A DNA stretch of 64,000 nt from Chrysomallon squamiferum. Lineage: Eukaryota; Animalia; Mollusca. Positions 26,238 through 37,197 of the stretch are shown piece by piece. The stretch's first letter is position 1, and each line of letters opens with the position of its first letter. The notes under the pieces were generated by a model, which was given only the letters and a program-made list of their open reading frames with translations, was not told where the DNA came from and did no database searches. Location of the stretch: assembly GCA_012295275.1 (NCBI GenBank), contig CM022675.1:6076001-6140000 (forward strand). The letters are read 5' to 3'. Position numbers and translations under genes: made by a program.

Positions 26238-27392
26238 TGTTCTACTGTAGGTTATTTTGTGCTTCTTTGGGTGAAAGATGAATATATAATTGAGGGTTTT
26301 ATATACAATTCCTGAAATATGATCATTAACAGTAAACATCATCATTTCAAAATATCGTTGTCCAAAACAGTAATCATTGTTTCTATTGTTTCTTAGCGAA
26401 ATTGTCTTTCACTACAGTGTCTGGAATACCAAACAAATTTGTTAAATTTCATGAGAATGTTCACATTTATCATGTGTAAATATTAACTCTTATTTAAATA
26501 GCACAAATAGAAGGATAAGATACACTCATTTGTAAGCAAAAGAAACATCAATTGGTGAACTTTGTGATTTTACTGCAAATATTCTTTGATGTCTGTCTCC
26601 AGTTGCATATTATGTAAAGATACAATAAAAACAGAGAAGCTGGAGGCAGGCATGGTTAATTTTCCTGAATCAAAGGTCCATGGTTTTGTATTTACCAAAG
26701 GAAAGAATAGCTGATGCATTCCAGCAGCTGGAGGTTTCAAAGGCTGATTTCTGTTAAATCAGTAGTCAGGGACCGTATAGGAACCAGTAGAAAACAATGT
26801 ATAGAAAATAAGTTCCAAGTGTCTTTGAAACATCAGTTATTTGAATTTTGATACATAATGCAATATGTGCAAATTTCTTGATATTTTAAGCTGCCATGGG
26901 GAGCAGCTAAATATTAAAAGCACACCCTGGGTGTGTGTGTGACGAAAGATTATCATTATTATTATCTGGAAGAAAGAACTGTACTTGTGATTTTTCTTGA
27001 CAGTTGAGCGTGTACTTTGATATTTTGTCTCATGTACATTGCTTTCTAAACATACAAAACTTGTAAATTATTAGTTGCCCCCAAAAATTGAGAAATGTAG
27101 AAGACATTTTTCAAATGCTCAATCATGTTAGTTCTCTTCATTTTAATTTTAATTTTTTTTGTTGCTTAAGTCAGTTTTCATCAATATTTGTACATCTATT
27201 CAGATACACCTCTCTTTTCAGAAGGTAGCTTTAGTTTTCTTATAAACATAATAACAAAGCCAAGTCTGCATCAAAACAAATATTTTGGTTGAAATTTCAA
27301 AACTGATTTTCTTTATTTTCATTTATTTATTTTTTTAAATTTACTCTGTCATCTTAAACTGGTGTCCTTGTAGGATAATCTAGAATTCAAGG

Positions 27393-27449
<57 letters not shown>

Positions 27450-28331
27450 TTTTATCTTTCCTGAATTCTAGATAACTCCTAGGGGTGGTGTATATATATA
27501 TACACTAACACTTTGATGGAATTCAGATTGCGTAATCAAATTTGTTAGTTCAATCACAGATCCACTCCTTTTATTTTTAAGCGATGGAATTGAAATTGCG
27601 CATCCTTAATTGCAATTACAATCCAAAGGCCCTTTTGTTATTTCTGCTAATTTTTCAAATCTGTGGATTTGTTATAAAAAAAGACTGGCGTTTGGTAAAT
27701 AAAGTAAGCGAAGTAAGCGATAGCGAAGAAAACGGTTAAGACGAGAATTCGGTCAGAGGGGAAACCAATGTTTTTGAATGACATTGCCTTTACAGACAAG
27801 TATGGTAAGCAATTGTCTATTCTTAATTTGATACGGTGTAATGTGCAATTAACCTGTGTCAATAACATTTATTATAAAACTTTAAGGTTTTAATCTGTCC
27901 TTCGTGCAGATTCTTATTTTTTCTTGGTTTTTCGTATGACCTTTGTCTTATCATTAATCAAAATTACTTAAACGTATGTTTTATGACTGTATAATGCATT
28001 ATTATCAAGTCACCTGTATTTCATAATTAACTGGTGTTGTGTTTATTTCTCTGATGGATAAATAGACTTTATTGATTTATATAGATTGCTGTCAATTTAG
28101 CTTTTATATTCTTTGTTAGGTGGCCATAGACTGAGCCATAAAAAAAACTATATAAAGTGTTTAAAGGTGTGAACCCCGTGATATACACACATGACCTATG
28201 CGTGCGTGTATGTGTGTGTTTATTTAACAGAATCCAATGTCACAATATAACAACAAAACTTAAACACAGAACTGAATGTAATATTAGCAATCTATCAGTA
28301 ATGTAAACTGATATTTTACATTTCAGCCAAT

Positions 28332-28526
28332 ATGGATGATGAAAAAAAGGATTCAGACAACACCACAGCTGCATCTACTTCTGTCTCAGATGATGAAAAG
28401 ATGAGGACATCACAGCTGCATCTACTTCTGACTCAGATGATGAAAAAGAGGAGGACATCACAGCAGCAACTACTTCAGACATGGATACTGCACAGCCACA
28501 AGTGTCAACAATCACATCTTGTAAAG
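28332..28526 (+). CDS. Copy 3 exon A: acidic exon (3 units) with a 1-bp deletion
   Basis: tttcag| at 28326, ATG 28332; GAAAAG vs GAAAAAG near 28400 shifts the frame; downstream in-frame ATG at 28481; donor AAAG|gtaatt. Confidence 0.75.
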
Positions 28527-29125
28527 GTAATTAATAGCACAGTAGTTTTCTACAATTAGTTTACTAATTTGATGGGCAGATCAAAACAAACAAAATTAAT
28601 TTGATAAATGTAACAGTGCAGTTTTTCAGTATATTGTTTAATCTCAAACAGTTCTACTCTGACAGAGGACAAAGTTATTGTTTATTTCTGTTGTTTTTAC
28701 TTTCACTTTAAAGTGTGTGCTGACAATTTTATGGTTATAACACTACTGAACATACACTCTTTTCAGGTTTATATTGATAAAAAATTAACAGTTCAAAACA
28801 TTTTATCTCCTGTTTATTTGAAACATGAAAACTGTAAAGCAAAACACACACTGATTACTCTTTCATTGCAATCATGACTGTTGTAATTATTCTTCTATTT
28901 ACTTTTGTTTATTTTAATACTATCAAGGAATAGTTATTTGTTAGCATCTACAAAAATAATCAGTTAACAAACAATATTAAACCGATTTTTTTTATACAGT
29001 TATATTTAAAAATAATACATTTTATTAATACTGTATCCTGTACTGTTCTATATATAGATAAAAAAACATTTTTACAAATTGTTTCTAAGCAGTGCATTTA
29101 AGTCAGTTCATTTACCATTTTACAG

Positions 29126-29242
29126 ATCACACAAGAACACAGAGAGTGACAGAACAAAATGTAAATATCAGCTGAGTTCACAATTACCATGCCCTATCTC
29201 ATAACAAAAATGTTGTGATAGGAAATCAATTTGTGAACACTA
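29126..29242 (+). pseudogene. Copy 3 exon B: RHIM-like exon with in-frame TGA
   Basis: 117 bp, canonical sites; EQNVNIS*VHNYHALSHNKNVVIGNQFVNT; TGA at 29173-29175. Confidence 0.8.
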
Positions 29243-29321
29243 GTAAGTTAAAAACTGAAGGTTTTTGTTTTTTTGCAAGATTGATAGATAATCATTAGCA
29301 CTTTTCTACCAGACTCTGTGA

Positions 29322-29369
<48 letters not shown>

Positions 29370-29693
29370 TTCTAAATGGTGTGAATGTTTCAGTGATCTT
29401 AAAAGATCATCAATAAATATTGAAATGCTATGCAAAGTATCTATGAAACAACAACAACAACAATAACAACAATGGCAAAATCAATTAGAACAATAAATAA
29501 ATTAATAATATTATCAAGAAACAGCAACAATAGCAGTACTGATTATAGTAAAATCAATCAGAAAGATATAATAATGTTACACATTTGACCTTTTAAGACT
29601 CAGCTGTAGCGTAATTGTACAGATTGCTGTTAATAATTCTTGTTTACTTCTAAACAACAGAAAGTTATTGTTTTTATTTTTATATTATTTCAG

Positions 29694-29726
29694 TAAAGAG
29701 TGATGGAAGAGCATCAAATATGAAAG
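29694..29726 (+). CDS. Copy 3 micro-exon C
   Basis: atttcag| ... AAAG|gtgatt, 33 bp, KSDGRASNMK, phase 1-1. Confidence 0.75.
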
Positions 29727-29929
29727 GTGATTTTTTGTCCTTACATTGTTTTGAAAAATGTCCATTAATAACAAAATAATCATCTATTTGCTTTTAATCT
29801 TAACATTGATGAATAAATATTATAAACTAATTCTTACTAAGAAATAATAAAGTTAATGTTTATATAGTACAAACAATTATAAAACAGTTTATAACAGATT
29901 TTAATATTTTTTAACTTCTTCTGATGCAG

Positions 29930-32900
29930 TGTCTACCACATCAAGGATAAACTCAATTGATTGGAATCTCTACGTTGAAACAAGAGCAGAAGAAATAGGT
30001 GTTGCACTTTTGAAGAAGAAAGGTGTTCTGATTGTAATAGGCTGTCCAGGTTCAGGAAAGACAACTCTAGCTTTCAGCATGATGAGACAGATAGAAAAAG
30101 AAGAGAAAAGAGAATCTTACTTGCTGACTCACCACACTGAATTCAATGATATCCCTATATCGAAAGATAAAAAATGTATTATTCTCATCGATGACATATT
30201 TGGTAAAACTAATCTCATTTCAGATTTTAGGCTGTCATGGCAACCAAAATTTCCAACGGTATGGAGTCTTGTTCAGGATGGTTCTGTGAAATGTATTATT
30301 ACCTTACGAAATCAAATATTTGCAGAAAGTAAAACCAGTTTGAAGGAATTTGATCTGTTTAATGACAATCATCTTCTTGATCTTCAGAGTTATGAATTTT
30401 GTCTCAGTTGGGATGAAAAGAATAAAATTCTAAACAAATATCTCAAACAAAAAGATGTTACAATGGAGGAACATGACAAACGGGATGTCATTCACAGATC
30501 ATGTACAGAGCTAGGATTTCCTCAGGTATGTGTTTATTATGTTAATTCGAGTGATGCACAAAAAAGAGGAGTTGAGTTTTTTGAGAAACCTGTAGAATAT
30601 CTGAGAGAACAATTGGGAAATATGAAAAGTGAGCAATCCTTACAGATCAATTATCTCGTTCTACTGCTGATCATGTTTCAGCAAGGCAGTCTCAGTGTTG
30701 ATTTGTTGAACCCATTTGAAAATGACACTGACAAAAGTGACATAATGGAATTAGTAAGAGTGCTGGAGGGTGCCTGTCTGAGTTTAAAAGACACAAGTCT
30801 CACACATATAAAAGCAGCAGCTGATGTAATGTGTGGCACCTATTTGAACTGTTACAACAATAGATACACATTTATTCATCAATCAGTGTTTGACTGTTTG
30901 TTTCTGATGTTTTCATCAGAATTTCCAAAGATAGCAGCAGAGTTGCTAGAAGTGTGTCCTGTCTCCATGTTGTTAGAGTATGTTGTGACGCCTGGAGTGT
31001 CTAACAAAAGTCACACTACAATGACTGTGAAACCTGGCTGCTTTGATGTTCTTGCTCGCAGATTTACTGACTTGCTGGCATCAAGCAGAGCCAGAGAAAT
31101 TATTTCATATCCATCACTGAAAGATGAAGAGTTTCTAAAATATCTCATTGAGAAAAAACACTTCTATGGTAAATTGTCCGAAATACTGCATCAGAATCTG
31201 CATCGAGTAAGGCATTATTTAGCATTTCGGGTATGTGAAGATTTCCTTCATAAATTTGAGAAAATTGTACATTTCCATTACAGCGATTCAGAGTACTGGA
31301 AATCATCCTACTGGTCTTTGATAGTTAAAGAAAGAAGGATGTATTCGTCATCTCTTGCAAGTGAATGTGTTGTGAATGGCCTGAGGACACTGTCGAGGTG
31401 TTTCACATCAGATCTGTGTAAAATGGAATCCGACTATAACAAAAAAGAAGTTTTGAATATTTCTTGTTTGTTTGGTGATGAAGATGTTGTGAAAATGTTG
31501 TTACAATCAGGTGCTGTTCCAACACCAGATACTTTCAGTGCAGCTGCACGTTCAGAAACCGATAATGTTACCATACTGAAAGAACTGTTACAGTATACAA
31601 AGGTGAATTTGAAACAGTATTCCCGGTCGTTACAACTTTCAATTTATTCACGTAACATGAACATTGCCTGTTTTTTGGCTGACTTTATGAATAATGAGGA
31701 AGGCAACAGTAAATTCAAGGAAGAAATTGTAAAACTATTATTGGTTAAGTTCCATGGACAAGTGAAACCATTCACTGAAGAATATGTTGATACAAGCTCT
31801 CTTTTTAAGAAACTGGTTACCATTGAAATAATAAACAAAATTGAAAACATTGCCATCATTGCGGCTGGTCAGATAAATTCAGGAGTTATAAAAGAAATAG
31901 TAAAACTGAAACCTGATTGTTTAAATGATGAGAACAGAGATAAAGTTCTTTTAGCAGCAGCAATGTGGGGTTCTGGTGACACCGTGGCTTTCCTCATTAA
32001 ACAGATACACAATGACACAGATGAGAACAGCTGGAAGAAAAGTCAAGTACTGAAAGTAGCAGTGATGTTTAACACCGCAGATGTTGTTCAGTGTCTACTT
32101 GATAAAGGAGCTGATCCTAATGCTAATGTAGCTGTTAATAGGACATTGATTCAATGGTTTGAAAAGAAAACTGGATTAGAATGTTTGGATTCTGACTCAC
32201 CTCTCCATATCTCAGTCCGGCTTGGTGACTTAGATTTGTTGAAATCACTGGTAAAAAGAAATGCTGATGTTAATGCATTGAACAGTCAGGGAAAAACTCC
32301 ACTTCATGATGCTGTAATTGTAAAGGAACATAGAAAAGAATTAGCTTTGTTTTTGCTAGAAAATGGAGCTGATATTAACATTACAGATCAGAATAACAAT
32401 TCAGCTTTACACCTAGCAGCTACACTTGGATATCTGGATGTTCTGACAATACTTTTTGAAAATGGTGCTAAGGTGAACATTATTAACAACGAAAGCAAAA
32501 CTCCTCTTTTTGCAGCCCTCACTTCTTATGAACGACATCTATCTCTGAATTGTTACAAAAAGCATCAATCTGCAAGTGATAAACGATGGAAAGTTGTTTT
32601 CTATCTAGTGGAACATGGAGCTGATCCTAATATAACAGACAGTGATAACAATTCTGTTTTACATTTAGCAGCTGAATATGCAAAAATAGAAATTGTCACA
32701 GCGCTGATAGAAAAAGGTGCTGATGTAAATATTAGAAACAATGAAGGTAAAACTCCTCTTCTTACAGCTATAAATCATCAATACCTCTGCCACGATTCTC
32801 TTAATGATGAACATTGTGCAGTAGTTTTGTATTTGCTGGAACATGGAGCTGATCCTTTCTTGACAGACTGTGATAACAATTGTGTTTTACACTTAGCACC

Positions 32901-35900
32901 TCAAGTAAACAAAATTGAAATTTTGAAAGCACTCATAGAAAAAAGTGTTGATGTCAATATTAAAAACAGTAGAGGTGAAACTCCTCTTTATACAGCTATA
33001 AACAGATATAAATATGGTACATACTTTGATGATAAACATTGCGAAATAATTTTGTATTTACTTGCACAGGGAGCTGAACCTAATTTAATAGACAGTGATA
33101 GCAATTCTGTTTTACACTTAGCAGCTAAACATGGAAAAATAGAAATTGTGACAGCACTGATAGAAAAAGGTGTTGATATAAACATTAGAAACAATGAAGG
33201 TGAAACTGCTCTTTTTAGAGCTGTTAACTGTTACCAAAACAAAGTAGTTTTGTATTTGCTGGAACATGGAGCTGATCCTAATTTAAGAGACAGTGAAAAC
33301 AATTCTGTTTTACACTTAGCAGCTAAATATGGAACAATAGAAGTTGTGACAGCACTGATTGAAAAAGGTGTTGATGTAAATATTAGAAACAATGAAGGTG
33401 AAACTCCTCTTCTTACAGCTATAGATCATCAATACCTCTGTGATGGTTCTCGTAATGAACATTGTGCAGTAGTTTTGTATTTGCTGGAACATGGAGCTGA
33501 TCCTAATTTAACAGACTGTAACAACAATTCTGTTTTACACTTAGCAGCTAAATATGGAACAATAGAAGTTGTGACTGCACTGATTGAAAAAGGTGTTGAT
33601 GTAAATATTAGAAACAATGAAGGTGAAACTCCTCTTCTTACAGCTATAGATCATCAATACCTCTGTGATGGTTCTCGTAATGAACATTGTGCAGTAGTTT
33701 TGTATTTGCTGGAACATGGAGCTGATCCTAATTTAACAGACTGTAACAACAATTCTGTTTTACACTTAGCAGCTAAATATGGAACAACTGAAGTTGTGAC
33801 AGCTCTGATTGAAAAAGGTGTTGCTGTAAATATTAGAAACGATGATGGTAAAACTCCTCTTTTTATAGCTGTGAACTCTCAACAGAACAAAGTAGTTTTG
33901 TATTTGCTGGAACATGGAGCCGATCCTAATTTAACAGACAGATATAAGAATTCTTCTTTACACATAGCAGCTAAAATTAGAAATATAGAAACTGTGAAAA
34001 CTCTGATTGAGAAAGGTGCTAAAGTGAATATTGTAAACATAGAACATAAAACTCCTCTATATACAGCTGTATACAACAGACAGAACGAAGTTGCTGATTA
34101 TTTACTGCAACATGGAGCTGACCCTGAATTAAAAGACAGATATAATAATTCTGTTTTACACACAGCAGCTAAACAAGGATATGTAGACATTGTGAGAACA
34201 TTGATAAAATACGGTGTTGATATCAGTATTAGAAACAATGAAGGTAAAACTCCTCTTTTCACAGCTCATCTCTACAAACAGAACAATGTAGTTCTCTGTT
34301 TACTAGAACATGGAGCTGATCCTCATTTAATAGACAGATGTAACAATTTTGTTTTACACATAGCGGCTAAAGAAGGAAATATAGAACGTGTGACAGCACT
34401 GGTAAAAAACGGTGTTGATAAGAATATTAGAAACAATGAAGGTAAAACTCCTCTTTCTACAGCTCATTTCTTCAAACAAAACAAAGTAGTTTTGTGTTTA
34501 CTGAAACATGGAGCTGATCCTCATTTAAAGGACAATGACAACAATTCTGTTTTACACATAGCAGCTAAGGAGGGAAATATAAAATTTGTCACAGCATTGA
34601 TCAATGAAAGTGTTGATATAAATATTAAAAACAATAAAGGTGAAACTCCTCTTTTTGCAGCTGTTCTCTTCACACAGAACGATGTAGTTTTCTGGTTGCT
34701 GGAACATGGAGCCGATCCTCATTTAAAAGACAATGACAACAATTCTGTTTTACACATAGCAGCTAAAAAGGGAAATACAGAGATTGTCAGAGCATTGATT
34801 AATAAAAGTGTTGATGTGAATATCAAAAACAATAAAGGTGAAACTCCTCTTTTTACAGCTGTTCTCTTCACACAGAACGATGTAGTTTTGTGGTTGCTGG
34901 AACATGGAGCTGATCCTCATTTAAAAGACAATGACAACAATTCTGTTTTACACATAGCAGCTAAAAAGGGATATAAAAAAATTGTCAGAGCATTGATTAA
35001 TAAAAGTGTTGATGTGAATATCAAAAACAATAAAGGTGAAACTCCTCTTTTTACAGCTGTTCTCTTCACACAGAACGATGTAGTTTTGTGGTTGCTGGAA
35101 CATGGAGCTGATCATCATTTAAAGGACAATGACAACAATTCTGTTTTACACATAGCGGCTAAAGAGGGAAATACAGAGATTGTCAGAGCATTGATTAATA
35201 AAAGTGTTGATGTGAATATCAAAAACAAAAAAGGTGAAACTCCTCTTCATCTAGCTGTGGACCGCAAACAGTCCAAAATAGTTTTGTGTTTGCTAGAACA
35301 TGGAGCCGATCCTCATTTAAAGGACAATGACAACAATTCTGTTTTACACATAGCGGCTAAAGAGGGAAATACAGAGATTGTCAGAGCATTGATTAATAAA
35401 AGTGTTGATGTGAATATTAAAAACAATAAAGGTGAAACGCCTCTTTTGACAGCTGTTCATTACGTACAGAATAATGTAGTTTTGTGTTTACTGGAACTTG
35501 GAGCTGATCCTCATTTAAAGTACAATGACAACAATTCTGTTTTACACATAGCGGCTAAAGAGCGAAATATAGAAATTGTCAGAGCATTGATTAATAAAAG
35601 TGTTGATGTGAATATTAAAAACAAAAAAGGTGAAACTCCTCTTCATCTAGCTGTGAACCGCAAACAGTCCAAAATAGTTTTGTGTTTGCTAGAACATGGA
35701 GCCGATCCTCATTTAAAGGACAATGACAACAATTCTGTTTTACACATAGCGGCTAAAGAGGGAAATACAGAGATTGTCAGAGCATTGATTAATAAAAGTG
35801 TTGATGTGAATATCAAAAACAATAAAGGTGAAACTCCTCTTTTTACAGCTGTTCTCTTCACACAGAACGATGTAGTTTTGTGGTTGCTGGAACATGGAGC

Positions 35901-37197
35901 TGATCCTCATTTAAAAGACAATGACAACAATTCTGTTTTACACATAGCAGCTAAAAAGGGATATAAAAAAATTGTCAGAGCATTGATTAATAAAAGTGTT
36001 GATGTGAATATTAAAAACAATAAAGGTGAAACGCCTCTTTTGACAGCTGTTCATTATGTACAGAATAATGTAGTTTTGTGTTTACTGGAACTTGGAGCTG
36101 ATCCTCATTTAAAGTACAATGACAACAATTCTGTTTTACACAGAACAGCTGAACAGGGAAATATAGAAATTGTCAGAGCATTGATTAATAAAAGTGTTGA
36201 TGTGAATATTAAAAACAATAAAGGTGAAACGCCTCTTTCTACAGCTCATTTCTTCAGACAAAACAAAGTAGTTCACTGTTTACTGAAACATGGAGCTGAT
36301 CCTCATTTGAAAAACAGATTTAACAATTCTGTTTTATACATAGCAGCTAAAAAGGGAAATATAAAAATTGTCAGAGTATTGATCAATGAAAGTGTTGATA
36401 TAAATATCAAAAACAATAAAGGTGAAACTCCTCTTTTTACAGCTGTTCTCTTCACACAGAACGATGTAGTTTTGTGGTTGCTGGAACATGGAGCCGATCC
36501 TCATTTAAAAGACAATGACAACAATTCTGTTTTACACATAGCAGCTAAAAAGGGAAATATAGAAATTGTCAGAGCATTGATTAATAAAAGTGTTGATGTA
36601 AATATTAAAAACAATAAAGGTGAAACTCCTCTTTCTACAGCTCATTTCTTCAAACAAAACAATGTAGTTCACTGTTTACTGGAATGTGGAGCTGATCCTC
36701 ATTTGAAAAACAGATTTAACAATTCTGTTTTACACATAGCAGCTAAGGAGGGAAATATAAAAATTGTCAGAGCATTGATCAATGAAAGTGTTGACATGAA
36801 TATTAAAAACAATAAAGGTCAAACTCCTCTTTTTGTAGCTGTTCTCTTCACACAGAACGATGTAGTTTTGTGTTTACTGGAACATGGAGCTGATCCTAAT
36901 TTAACAGACACTGACAACAATTCTGTTTTACACATAGCAGCTAAAAAGGGAAATACAGAGATTGTCAGAGCATTGATTAATAAAAGTGTTGATGTAAATA
37001 TTATAAACAATGAATGTGAAACTCCTCTTCTTACAGCTATGAAACACAAACAGTCCAAAATAGTTTTATGTTTACTGGAACATGGAGCTGATCCTAATTT
37101 AACGGACATTGACGAGAATTCAGCCTTAGATGTAGCAGCTGAACATGGATTAACAGAAGTTGTGATGACTCTTGTGGAAAGAGGTGTTGATGTATAA
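29930..37197 (+). CDS. Copy 3 main exon: STAND (nSTAND3-like) NTPase + helical linker + about 50 ankyrin repeats; NLR-like receptor
   Basis: 7268 bp open exon after tgcag|. Walker A GCPGSGKTT (30040), Walker B IILIDDIFG, sensor CIITLR, GxP motif LGFP, winged-helix FIHQSV; ankyrins from ~32040 to the end. Confidence 0.92.
34250..37190 (+). repeat. Coding tandem array of ~15 x 198-bp (two-ankyrin, 66 aa) units with high internal identity
   Basis: Repeating GADPHLKDNDNNSVLHIAAKxG..IVRALINKSVDVNIKNNKGETPLxxAxxxxQ at 198-bp period. Confidence 0.95.

Noticed and set aside
29173-29175. In-frame TGA as selenocysteine or programmed readthrough
   Set aside because: Aligns to AGA/ACA in paralogs, not Cys; no SECIS evidence; a simple nonsense change is more likely.
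31644-37109. Minus-strand ORFs inside the STAND-ankyrin exons (also 10944-11318, 54276-55442)
   Set aside because: Antisense shadows of repetitive coding sequence.
34250-37190. Constant repeat plus variable segment as a CRISPR array or DGR
   Set aside because: Eukaryotic in-frame coding repeat; variable segments recur as cassettes; no cas genes, RT or template repeat.
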